Positions 1 through 9,400 are shown, counted from the stretch's first letter. The stretch is 20,370 nt of DNA from Vulcanimicrobiota bacterium (GCA_003133025.1 PKZK01000106.1:14738-35107), one strand, 5' to 3'. Notes: generated from the letters alone by a model not told the origin. Made by a program: numbers and translations.

Positions 1-519
1 TTTACCGCCACGATCCTCGACGAGTCGGGCCGCGAGCTTCCGCCGGGCAACGCGGGCAGGCTCGCCGTCAAGGGCCCGACCGGGTGCCGCTATCTCGCCG
101 ACCCGCGCCAGACCGATTACGTCGTCAACGGCTGGAACGTCACCGGCGACGCCTACCTGCTCGACGCCGACGGGTACTTCTGGTATCAGGCTCGCACCGA
201 CGACATGATCGTGTCGTCGGGCTACAACATCGCCGGCCCGGAGGTCGAAGGCGCGCTGCTCGCGCACGAAAGCGTCGCCGAGTGCGCGGTCGTCGGCGTT
301 CCCGACGACGCGCGCGGACACATCGTCAAAGCCTTCGTCGTTCTGCGGCCGGGCTACGCGCCGGCGCCGGCGTTGGCGCGAGCGCTGCAAGACTGGACCA
401 AGGCGCAAATCGCACCCTACAAATATCCGCGGGCGATCGAGTTCGTCGAGGCTTTGCCGCGCACGGAAACGGGCAAACTGCAACGCTTCAAACTACGCGT
501 GACGAAGGAACCGTCGTGA
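1..519 (+). CDS. 2-aminobenzoate-CoA ligase / benzoate-CoA ligase family AMP-binding enzyme, C-terminal part (5' end outside window)
   Basis: Frame 1 is open from base 1 and reads ...GRLAVKGPTGCRYLADPRQTDYVVNGWNVTGDAYLLDADGYFWYQARTDDMIVSSGYNIAGPEVE...APYKYPR...LPRTETGKLQRF. It has the ANL-superfamily TGD, R-x-DD and PRT-x-TGK motifs. GPTGCRYL and GYNIAGPEVE are typical of AbmG-like ligases. Confidence 0.88.
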   Translation, partial: FTATILDESGRELPPGNAGRLAVKGPTGCRYLADPRQTDYVVNGWNVTGDAYLLDADGYFWYQARTDDMIVSSGYNIAGPEVEGALLAHESVAECAVVGVPDDARGHIVKAFVVLRPGYAPAPALARALQDWTKAQIAPYKYPRAIEFVEALPRTETGKLQRFKLRVTKEPS

Positions 520-911
520 AGGCTCTCTTGCCGCCCGGCTGGCCGCGTCCCAAGGGCTACTCCGCAGGCATCGCCGCGCGCGGAACGCTGGTGTTCGTGA
601 GCGGCCAGATCGCTTGGGACGAGCGCGAGACGATCGTCACCGACGATCTCGCCGGACAGGTGCGGCAGGCCTTGCGCAACGTGCTCGCCGTCCTGGCCGA
701 GGCCGGCGGCGCGCCGCACGACCTCGTGCGCTTGACCTGGTACGTCACCGATCGCGACGAATACGTTGCCGCGCGCGCCGCAATCGGGGCCGCGTATCGC
801 GAGGTCGTCGGCCGCCACTATCCCGCCATGGCCGTCGTCGAAGTACCGCGCTTGGTCGAGGCCGCCGCAAAGGTGGAGATCGAGGCGACGGCCGTCATTC
901 CGGAGGAGTAG
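516..911 (+). CDS. RidA/YjgF/UK114 family protein
   Basis: GTG at 516 overlaps the ligase TGA (GTGA). Reads MKALLPPGWPRPKGYS...FVSGQIAWD...HYPAMAVVEVPRLVEAAAKVEIEATAVIP. The ORF-track start at 84 is an over-extension. Confidence 0.92.
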   Translation: MKALLPPGWPRPKGYSAGIAARGTLVFVSGQIAWDERETIVTDDLAGQVRQALRNVLAVLAEAGGAPHDLVRLTWYVTDRDEYVAARAAIGAAYREVVGRHYPAMAVVEVPRLVEAAAKVEIEATAVIPEE

Positions 912-916
912 AGTCG

Positions 917-1858
917 ATGCAGAGTAAGGCGCAATTCGAAGACGAGCAGTCCGACGACGGGCGCTTCGTTCGCCAGGAAGATGCCTTCCGCGATTGGGTC
1001 GGCGCGCCGGGCGGTGCGTATCCCGCGGAGAGCGGGCGCTACCACCTTTACGTCTCGCTCGCCTGTCCCTGGGCCCACCGCACGATCATCATGCGCAAGC
1101 TCAAAGGGCTGGAAGCGGCCATCGGCATGACCGTCGTCGACCCGATCCGCGACGACCGCGGTTGGGCCTTTCGCGAGGGACCGGGCTATTCGACCGATCC
1201 GGTGAACGGCTTCGCCTTTTTGAGCGAAGCGTACGCGCGCACGGATCCGCAGTTCCGCGGTCGCGTGACCGTTCCGGTGCTCTGGGATAAAAAGACCGGA
1301 CGCATCGTCAGCAATTCCGACGACGACATCCTACGCATGCTCGAAACGGAGTTCGAAGCGTTTGCGAGCGACCACAGCGACTACTATCCCGCCGAACACC
1401 GCGCCGGGATCGACGAACTCAACGCCTGGATCTTCGAGACGATCAACGACGGCGTGTATCGCGCCGGATTCGCCACCGCGCAGTCCGCCTACGAAACGGC
1501 GGCCTACGCGCTCTTCGAGGCCCTCGATCGCCTGGAAGAACGGCTGACGACGCAGCGCTATCTCTTCGGCGCGCGGCCGCTCGAAACCGACTGGCGGCTG
1601 TTTCCGACGTTGATTCGCTTCGATGCGGTCTATCACGGCCATTTCAAGTGTAACCTGCGCCGCATCGTCGACTACCCGAACCTCTACGGCTACCTGCGCG
1701 ATCTCTACCAGATCCCCGGCGTCGCGGCCACCGTCGATTTCTCTCACATCAAGCGCCACTACTACGTTACCCACGACGACATCAATCCGACCGGCATCGT
1801 ACCGATCGGCCCGCATCAGGAACTCGGCACGCCGCACGGACGCGAACGGCTCGGCTGA
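917..1858 (+). CDS. glutathionyl-hydroquinone reductase (YqjG/ECM4-type, Xi-class GST)
   Basis: ATG at 917 follows GGAGGAG. Motifs RYHLYVSLACPWAHR, RVTVPVLWDKK, TLIRFDAVYHGHFKCN and HIKRHYY...INPTGIVPIGP are present. Confidence 0.93.
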   Translation: MQSKAQFEDEQSDDGRFVRQEDAFRDWVGAPGGAYPAESGRYHLYVSLACPWAHRTIIMRKLKGLEAAIGMTVVDPIRDDRGWAFREGPGYSTDPVNGFAFLSEAYARTDPQFRGRVTVPVLWDKKTGRIVSNSDDDILRMLETEFEAFASDHSDYYPAEHRAGIDELNAWIFETINDGVYRAGFATAQSAYETAAYALFEALDRLEERLTTQRYLFGARPLETDWRLFPTLIRFDAVYHGHFKCNLRRIVDYPNLYGYLRDLYQIPGVAATVDFSHIKRHYYVTHDDINPTGIVPIGPHQELGTPHGRERLG

Positions 1859-1864
1859 CGCCGG

Positions 1865-2803
1865 TTAGAGGCCGAAACGATACGGATCGGCCGGATCGAA
1901 GCGCAGCGTCGCTTTCGCGGTGACGTAGGCGCGGCCGCGGATATCCGGCAAGACGGAGTCGCCTTCGAGGGCACGCACGCAGCCCTCGAAGACGCCGCCC
2001 GCGATGCCTTCCTGCAGCCAGCGTTGGCCGACGGCGATGCGCCCGCGCCGGTACAGAGCGGCCAGCTTCGCCGAGGTGCCCGTTCCGCAGGGCGAACGGT
2101 CGTACGCCGCGCCCGGGCACAGGACGAAATTCCGCGCGTCCGCGTCCGCACGCCGCGCCGGTCCGAAAAGTTCGACGTGGTCGATGGGCGCGCCGTCGTC
2201 GCCGGTTATACCCGCTCGCTCCAGTGCGCTGCGAATCGCTTTCGTCGCGCTCAGCAAAGCGGCGGCATTCTCGCGCTCGAGGCGTAAACCGCCGGCATCG
2301 GCCAAGAAAAACCAGTTACCGCCGTAAGCCACGTCGCCCGCGATGCGGCCCAGACCCGGCACGTCGAGTTCGACGTCGAGCGCAGTGCAGCGGGCCGCAA
2401 CGTTGGAGACGGTGACGGAACCGTCGCGATGCAGATCGGCCGAGACAGGGCCGGCGGGCGTGTCGAGATGCACCAGGCCGAGCCCGATCCGGCCCAGGAA
2501 TTCGAGCGTGCGCACGACGCCGATCGTGGCGTGCACGCACATGCCCAAATAACCGGCGTCGTTGCAGAACACCACCCCGGCGACGGCGCCGGCCGAGACC
2601 GGCGGCGTCAGGATAGCGCCGACCAGCGTTTCGTTGCCGCGCGGCTCGAGCAACAAGCCGCGGCGCAGCGGATCGTGCAGCAGCCGCATCTCGTCGCGGC
2701 GCGACGGCATGTCGCCGGCCGTCGCCGAAGGCCAGCCGGCGACGACGACGCGCGTCGGTTCGCCCTCCGTGTGCGAGTCGACGACGTGCAGCCAGCCGGT
2801 CAT
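1865..2803 (-). CDS. proline racemase family protein, probable 4-hydroxyproline 2-epimerase
   Basis: Motifs DSHTEGEPTR, YLGMCVH (Cys89), DVAYGGNWF and NFVLCPGAAYDRSPCGTGTSAK (Cys239) give a two-Cys catalytic pair. Neighbouring genes fit Hyp catabolism. Confidence 0.88.
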   Translation of the reverse strand: MTGWLHVVDSHTEGEPTRVVVAGWPSATAGDMPSRRDEMRLLHDPLRRGLLLEPRGNETLVGAILTPPVSAGAVAGVVFCNDAGYLGMCVHATIGVVRTLEFLGRIGLGLVHLDTPAGPVSADLHRDGSVTVSNVAARCTALDVELDVPGLGRIAGDVAYGGNWFFLADAGGLRLERENAAALLSATKAIRSALERAGITGDDGAPIDHVELFGPARRADADARNFVLCPGAAYDRSPCGTGTSAKLAALYRRGRIAVGQRWLQEGIAGGVFEGCVRALEGDSVLPDIRGRAYVTAKATLRFDPADPYRFGL

Positions 2804-3465
2804 GTCGCGCCGCGCGTGCCTTCCATATATTCACCGACCATGCGGGAGATGGCCATGATGTGCTCGCGCAGGATCTCGACCGAAAGGTCGATCCGGCCCG
2901 CTCGAACCGCGTCGACCAAGAGGACGTGTTCGCCGTCGGCGACGTCGCGGTGCTCGAAGAGCGCTTCGAAGACGCGCAGGTAGCGTTCGGTGTGTGCGTG
3001 ATAGCGCTCGACCTCGGCCAGGATCATCGGCCGCCGGGCGGGGGCGTACAGCGCACGATGAAACTGCAAGTTCAAGTCCGTCCAGCGCTCGCCCGTGTCC
3101 CCTTCCCGCGTCGCAAGCAAGATCGCGTCAACCGCGGCCAGCGAACGGGCATCGTGCTCGGGCACGGCCAGGGCCAGCAAGTGACACTCGAGCTGCGTGC
3201 GAAGTTCGCAAATCTCGCGCAGCTCTTCCACCGAAAGCGCCGCGACCACGACGCCGCGATGCGGAGACGACGTAACGAACCCTTCGGCCTGCAATTGCCG
3301 CAGCGCCTCGCGCAGGGGGATGCGGCTTATGCCGAGCTGAGCGGCAAGTTCGTCCTGCCGGATGGAATGGCCGGCAAGCAGTTCGCCACGGAGGATCGCG
3401 CCGCGCAGCGCGTCCACGGCTCGCGTCGCTGTGGTCGAACGCGACAAGACCTTGAGGCCAGTCAA
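2800..3465 (-). CDS. GntR-family transcriptional regulator with FCD domain (HypR-like by context)
   Basis: HTH LAAQLGISRIPLREALRQLQAEGFV, followed by FCD features (LRTQLE, NLQFHRAL, EH...HI). The stop overlaps the epimerase ATG (ATGA). The TTG start is uncertain. Confidence 0.9.
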   Translation of the reverse strand: MTGLKVLSRSTTATRAVDALRGAILRGELLAGHSIRQDELAAQLGISRIPLREALRQLQAEGFVTSSPHRGVVVAALSVEELREICELRTQLECHLLALAVPEHDARSLAAVDAILLATREGDTGERWTDLNLQFHRALYAPARRPMILAEVERYHAHTERYLRVFEALFEHRDVADGEHVLLVDAVRAGRIDLSVEILREHIMAISRMVGEYMEGTRGAT

Positions 3466-3610
3466 ATCGGATATCGTCGTTTCTTTACGAAAGGGAAAGG
3501 ACGGAGCGCTAAAGCGCGCCCACGAAACCGGTATCTACGCTGCCCGCAATGCACTTGACCTTGTGCCCGGGCACGGCGGGATACTTTTTTTAACAAAGGA
3601 AAACGCAAGC

Positions 3611-3715
3611 GTGATCCCGGTCAAAGCACAACTTCCACAAGAACTAGTCGCGCCATACTACGTGGACGGCGCCCGATGGATGGTATCTGCCTCTATGACT
3701 TCCCGCGTCCGATGA
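3611..3715 (+). CDS. candidate 34-aa leader/small ORF upstream of the DapA-like gene
   Basis: AAAGGA (3595-3600) lies 10 nt before GTG 3611. Reads VIPVKAQLPQELVAPYYVDGARWMVSASMTSRVR. Its TGA overlaps ATG 3712 (ATGA). No recognised homology. Confidence 0.3.
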   Translation: MIPVKAQLPQELVAPYYVDGARWMVSASMTSRVR

Positions 3716-4602
3716 ACTGGCGCGGCGTCTTCGCGGCGACCACGACGCCGTTCGACCCCGCTCTGGGCATCGACGCCGCGGCGCTGGCCGCACACGTCGA
3801 CTGGATGGCCCGCGCCGGTTGCACGGGCATCGTGCCGCTCGGTTCGCTCGGTGAAGGCAATACGCTCGACTTCGACGAGAAATTGCGCGTCATCGATATC
3901 GTGCGCGAGGCGCTGGCCGGCCGCGCGGCCCTCGTTCCCGGAATCGCCGCGCTCTCGACCGCGGAAGCCGTCGCGCTGGTGCGTGCGGCCGAACGCCGCG
4001 GCTGCACGGGCGCGATGATCCTGCCCCCCTACGTCTATAAGGGCGACGTCCGCGAAACGGGCGCCTACTTCGCCGCCGTGCTCGGGGCGACGTCGCTGCC
4101 GTGCATGCTCTACAACAATCCGATCGCCTACGGCACCGACGTCGCGCCCGAGCAGATCGCCGCGCTCGCCTCGCGACACGACAACCTCGAGGCGGTCAAG
4201 GAATCCAGCGCCGACATCCGGCGCTTCGCCGCGATTCGGGCGTTCGCCGGCGACCGGCTCGCGCTCTTCGCCGGCGTCGACGACCTGATCGTCGAAGCGA
4301 TCGACGCCGGTGCGTGCGGCTGGATCGCCGGTTTGGTCAATGCATTTCCCCAAGAGAGCGTCGCGCTCTTCGAGCTCTGCGCGACCGGCGAACGCGAGAG
4401 AGCGCGCGCGCTCTACGCGTGGTTTCTGCCGCTGCTCCGTTTAGACGTGATTCCCAAATTCGTGCAGGCGATCAAACTCGTGCAAGCCGAGGCTGGGCGC
4501 GGCAGCGAACGCGTGCGGCCGCCACGGCTCGAACTCGAGGGCGCAGAGCGCGCTGCGGTGCTGGCCGTCTTCAAAGAAAGCGTTCGAGCGCAAAGGGGCT
4601 GA
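3712..4602 (+). CDS. dihydrodipicolinate synthase family protein, probable 1-pyrroline-4-hydroxy-2-carboxylate deaminase
   Basis: Reads MNWRGVFAATTTPF, with GSLGEGNTL, MLYNNPIAY, the Schiff-base Lys in AVKESSADIRR, FAGVDD and GWIAGLVNAFP. ATG 3712 fits the family N-terminus better than 3676. Confidence 0.88.
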   Translation: MNWRGVFAATTTPFDPALGIDAAALAAHVDWMARAGCTGIVPLGSLGEGNTLDFDEKLRVIDIVREALAGRAALVPGIAALSTAEAVALVRAAERRGCTGAMILPPYVYKGDVRETGAYFAAVLGATSLPCMLYNNPIAYGTDVAPEQIAALASRHDNLEAVKESSADIRRFAAIRAFAGDRLALFAGVDDLIVEAIDAGACGWIAGLVNAFPQESVALFELCATGERERARALYAWFLPLLRLDVIPKFVQAIKLVQAEAGRGSERVRPPRLELEGAERAAVLAVFKESVRAQRG

Positions 4603-5809
4603 GATCGACGGGCGCGGTTCCGCCCGCGACGAGCGTGGCCATCGCCTGCGCGGATATCGCAGCCTGCGTGAGTCCGAGTTTCTCGTGTCCGAAGCAATAG
4701 AAGAGGTTGCGGTGCCGGGCGGCCTTGCCGATTGCGGGAAGCGAATCCGGAAACGACGGCCGGTTGCCCATCCAGCGCGTCGCACCGTCGGCACGCAAGC
4801 CCGGCAGATAGTCCGCCGCTGCGGGAAAGAGCATGCCGGCGCGCGCGTAGTTGGGCGGCGAACCCAGCGGCGCGAACTCGACCGTTCCCGCAAGCCGCAC
4901 GCCGGCGTCCATGGGCGTTGCGCAAAAGTGCGCGTCCTCGAAGAGCAGCGTCCGGCGCGGCGCCACGCCGGCGGCCGGAAGCATCAAGTGATAGCCGCGC
5001 GCGGCCTGCAAGGGCACGACGTAGCCGAGCGGCCGGAGCAACGCCCGCGACCAGACGCCCGCGGCGACCACGACCTCGCGCGCATCGACGCCGCCGTGCG
5101 TCGTCTCCACGCGCCAGGTGCCGTCCGTTCGTTCCCGGAGCGCTCGCGCCGCCGCCGGAACCAACGTCGCACCGCGCGCTCGCGCAAACGTCGCGAGCGT
5201 CGCGCCGAATGCCGCCGGATCGGTACAACGCATCGCATCGGGATACTCGACGGCGCCGCAGACGCTCGGATCCAGAGCGGGCTCGAGACGCAACAGTTCG
5301 TCGCGGCCCACCACGCGTGCCCGCAGACCGTGCGTCGCGAGCAGCGGCACGAACGAGGCGGCGCGCTCGAACACGCGCGCCGCACGCGCGACGTGCAACG
5401 AACCCTCGCGGCGCAGATAGGCGGCGGCGCCGGCCCGCACGGCGAGTCCTGCGAGCGCGTCGTTGGCGTGCCGATTCAGGCTCGCGAGCGCAGCCGTCGC
5501 CGCGCGAACGCGCGAGCCTCGGGTCGCGCACAGAAAGCGCACGCCCCAGCCGAGCAACGCCGGCAGCGCGGCCGGCTCGATCGTGAGCGGACTGCGCGGG
5601 TCGAGCAGAAGCCGGGGCAGATCGCGCCACACCGTGGGCTGGGCGAGCGGGAAAATCTCGCCGTCGGAGAGATATCCCGCGCTGCCCGCAGCCGTGCCCG
5701 CGCCGGGTTCGCCCGGCTCGACGATCGTAACCGAGCGCCCCGCGGCGAGCAACTCCAGCGCACAAGCGATGCCGACGATGCCGCCGCCGATCAGCGCGAC
5801 ATCGCGCAT
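4571..5809 (-). CDS. DadA-like FAD-dependent D-amino acid dehydrogenase/oxidase (candidate cis-4-hydroxy-D-proline oxidase)
   Basis: VALIGGGIVG dinucleotide fold, plus RGYH, RLAGTVEF, WMGNRPSFPDSLPAIG and FGHEKLGLT. The substrate is inferred from context only. Confidence 0.85.
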   Translation of the reverse strand: MRDVALIGGGIVGIACALELLAAGRSVTIVEPGEPGAGTAAGSAGYLSDGEIFPLAQPTVWRDLPRLLLDPRSPLTIEPAALPALLGWGVRFLCATRGSRVRAATAALASLNRHANDALAGLAVRAGAAAYLRREGSLHVARAARVFERAASFVPLLATHGLRARVVGRDELLRLEPALDPSVCGAVEYPDAMRCTDPAAFGATLATFARARGATLVPAAARALRERTDGTWRVETTHGGVDAREVVVAAGVWSRALLRPLGYVVPLQAARGYHLMLPAAGVAPRRTLLFEDAHFCATPMDAGVRLAGTVEFAPLGSPPNYARAGMLFPAAADYLPGLRADGATRWMGNRPSFPDSLPAIGKAARHRNLFYCFGHEKLGLTQAAISAQAMATLVAGGTAPVDLSPFALERFL

Positions 5810-5821
5810 CGCCCGCGTCGC

Positions 5822-6427
5822 TCAGTGCTTCTTGGCGAGATTCGGATTCTTGAATCTCAGGACGGTCGAAAGATCGATGCCCCGGATGATGCCGGCGCTG
5901 TGGTACGTCAGGCCCCACGAATCGATCGACGACATGTCCGGGAAAATGCACGCTTCGAGCGTCTGGTCGACGCTGCGCTTATTGAACCAGCCGCCGCCGG
6001 CCGGATCGTTCGCGCCGCCGAAGACGTCGCTGCCGCCGAGCAGCGTGCAATAACACGACGCGGGGTTACCTTGGCAACTGCCCACGGGCACCTGCGCGTA
6101 ATACGCCAAAGCGGCAAGTGACGGCAGCGTCGTGTAGAGCGTTTCGTCGAGCACGTGGATGCGCGACCCGTCGGCACTCGACGTGAATTGGCAGAACTTC
6201 TCCGTACCCGCCATCCGCAAGAACTCGGAGCTGTTGCTTCCGTAGACCGGATAGCGCGTCAGGGGCACGCCGCCCACCTGGGTGCAATAGGCCGCGGCAC
6301 CGTCGTCGGGTAGGATCTGTGCGAGAGGCGAGAGGTCGTAGCTCGCCGCGTTCGCGCGTCCACCCACGGCAAAAGCGAGGGCGACGACCAATCCGAGAAT
6401 CGCTCGGCCGAGGCTGCGTTTGGTCAT
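5822..6427 (-). CDS. secreted Cys-rich protein with two DUF333-like motifs (201 aa)
   Basis: ATG 6427 has the SD AAGGAG. Signal peptide MTKRSLGRAILGLVVALAFAVGGRANA. Motifs AAAYCTQVGG...FCQF and NPASCYCTLLGG...CIFPDMSSIDSWGL. The ORF-track start at 6793 overlaps the tricorn gene and is rejected. Confidence 0.8.
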   Translation of the reverse strand: MTKRSLGRAILGLVVALAFAVGGRANAASYDLSPLAQILPDDGAAAYCTQVGGVPLTRYPVYGSNSSEFLRMAGTEKFCQFTSSADGSRIHVLDETLYTTLPSLAALAYYAQVPVGSCQGNPASCYCTLLGGSDVFGGANDPAGGGWFNKRSVDQTLEACIFPDMSSIDSWGLTYHSAGIIRGIDLSTVLRFKNPNLAKKH

Positions 6428-6450
6428 GAATTTCTCCTTACTCGTTGGGG

Positions 6451-9400
6451 TTATGTGCCCGGGGGCGGCAAGACGGGGTGATGGTCCGGATAGGGCGGAG
6501 CATGGTACGTCGGGATCGGGTGTTCGCGCAACAGTTGGAGTGCCTTGGCCACCGCGGCCTCTAATTGCGGATCGTGGCCTTCGCGTTCGAGCTTGGGATC
6601 TTGCCACACCTCGACGTCGGGAGCGACGCCGTGGCCTTCGACCTCCCACTGACCGTGCAAGCCGCCGATCGCGGCACGCGGCGCGGTGACCGACCCGCCG
6701 TCCATCAGCGGCGGATACCCGCCGATGCCGACCAAACCGCCCCAGGTGCGCACGCCGACGAGCGGTCCGAGCCCCGCCTTGCGGAAATACCACGGCAACG
6801 CATCGCCGCCCGAGCCCGCGAACTGGTTGATGACCATGACCTTGGGACCGAAGATCGCGAGCGGCGGATCGAGAATCGTCTTGCCTTCCCGCGTCTTGAT
6901 GATGCTCATCGGCTTACGCTTGAGGTAGTCGATGATGTAGTCCGCTATCTGCCCGCCGTGGTTGAAGCGCTCGTCGAGAATCACGCCCTCCTTGCCGACC
7001 TGCGCGAAGAAATAGCGGTTGAAATTGGTAAAGCCGCCGTATTCAGTATCGGGCAGATACACGTAGGCGAGTTTGCCGCCGCTGAGCCGGTCGACTTCTC
7101 GCCGGTTACTCTCGATCCAATCGAGATTGCGCAGCGCGAACTCGTTGGCCAGCGGCACCACGGTCACCTGACGCGAACCCGTTTCCGAGGGATTGGGCCC
7201 GACCGTAATCACGGTTTGCTTGCCGGCGGTCTCCTCGAAATAGCTGTAGACGTCGCGCTCCGCGTCGACCGGCCGGCCGTTGACCGCGAGCAGATACTCG
7301 CCGGCCTTGACGCCGGTGCCCGGTTGCGTCAGCGGCGCTTCGAGACCCGGATTCCAATTCTCGCCGTTGTAGATCTTGGCGAAGCGATAGTGTCCGTTCT
7401 CGACCCGGTAGTCGGCGCCGAGCAAGCCGACGGTCACGCGCGGCATCGCGGGCCGCGAACCGCCGCTGACGAACATATGACCGACGGACAAGTAGCTCAG
7501 CATCTCGCGGAAGAGGAAGGTCAGGTCGTCGCGCGCGGCGATCCCCGCCAGATAGGGCTCGAAGCGCTTCTCCGCCGCCCCGATATCCAAGCCGTGGTAA
7601 TGCGGGTCGTAGAAGAAATCGCGCTCGATGCGCCAGACCTCGCGATACATCTGGCGCCACTGCGCGCGCGGATCGACGTAGACCTCGAGCGCCGCCGTGT
7701 CGAGCGCGCCCGCACCCGGCGTGGGCGGCCGCGCCGCGTCGACGATGAAGTAGCGCCCGCGCTGACCGTACAGCACCTTACTGCCGTCGGCCGAAACCGT
7801 GAAGGCGTCGACGCCCGCCACGAAAGGCTTCACCTCGCGCGACGCGAGATCGAACGAGAGTTCCAGCAGCAGCGGCGGTTCTTCTTGGTTGGTGGTCAAC
7901 GGCGCTTGGGTGAGAAAGAGCGTGCCGGCCTTACCGGCGTTGAGGCCGATGTAGTTTGCGTTGGGGATCGGCAGCGTCACGACGCGCTGATCCAGACCGT
8001 CGAAATCGATGACGGTCTTGGTTTCCTTCTCCTTCGCCGCGGCCGGCTTCGCGGCAGGCTTGGCGGCTCCGTCCGGCGCCGGCTTGACCGTCTCGTCGTC
8101 GCTTTGCGGCGCGACCGGCGACGCTTCGCCCTTCTGCAGCACCGCAACGTACACGTTGCTGCTCACGGGATGCTCGTCGCTGGTCATGTCGAGACCCTGC
8201 GAGGTCAGGCCCGTGTTCGTGCTGGCGGTGAAGTACAGATACTTGCCGCTCGCATCGAACTGCGGATAACGCGCATCGCTCATGCCGTCGGTGATCTGCC
8301 GGCTACGCCGTTCCTCGAGCGAATACACCTCGACCGCATGCAGATAATTGGACAAGACGTCGGTATAGGTCAGCCAGCGGCTATCCGGCGACCACGCCGG
8401 GCTGAAATCGGATTGGCCGAAGCCCTCGTACGAGGCGGTGGCGACCTTCACCGGCGTGGGATGGTCGAGGTCGAGGTACCAGAGGTTGAGGCGCTTGTCC
8501 GTATACGCGATCTTCTTGCTATCGGGCGACCACAGCGGACCGTAGAAGAACGAAGGCTCGCCCAGGGAGATCGCGCGGGGAGGTTCGAGACCTTTCTGAT
8601 CGCCGATGAAGAGTTGATACTCGCCGGATTTGTCGGAGAACCACGCGATCGACTTGCCGTCGGGCGACCAGGCCGGGTCGCGATCCTCGACGCCCGGACT
8701 ATTGGTGACGTTGCGCGCGTCGCCGTGTTCGGCGGGTACGGTCAGAATGTCGCCGTGCGCTTCGAACACCGCGCGCTGCCCCGTCGGCGAGAGGTTGACG
8801 TTTTCGATTTGGGTGCCGACCTTCTCCCAGTGCGGACGCACTTGCGGCAGGTCGCCCGCAACCGTGACGCGGACCTCGCGCGACTCGCGCGTCTGCAGAT
8901 CGTAGACGTGCAGCGAGTCGAACTTGGCGTAAACGATCGCACCCGGCCCCGCCGACGCGGAGGTTATGTCGAAACCGGCGCTGGGCAGAAGGCGGGAGAC
9001 TCGGCGCGATTGCGTGTCGTACGCGAAGAGCGTCACCGGACCGTCGCGATCGGAGAGGAAATAGATCGTATTGCCGACCCACATCGGGTCGTCGTCGTTC
9101 GAATCGTTGCGCGGCACGCGTACGACGCTCGAATCGGCCAAGTCGGCAACGTACACCGGCGTCGTCTGCCCGCCGCGATAGCCTTGCCAAAACGGCTCCC
9201 AGCGAAAGTTCGGAACGTACGCCAGGTGCGTGGCATCGGGCGAGAACGAGCCCGTCTCGGCCATGGCCAATGGGAGCCGCTTCGCAAAGCCGCCGGTTGC
9301 GGGCACGGTAAACAGCTTATTCGGATCCGTCGCGCTGTCGCGATTGGATCTGAAGAGCACGTCCTTGCCGTCGGGCGTCCAACCGACGGCGACGTCTGCC

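Noticed and set aside
84..515. Long N-terminal extensions in the ORF track (84 for Rid, 614 for GST, 6793 for the DUF333-like gene, 15539 for RraA) suggesting fusions
   Set aside because: The extensions overlap upstream real genes in another frame. Better starts exist with SD sequences or stop/start overlaps.
8020..8090. Short repeat encoding KPAPDGAAKPAAKPAAAKEKETK in tricorn
   Set aside because: It is a low-complexity linker, usual at this position in tricorn homologues, and not a DNA repeat element.
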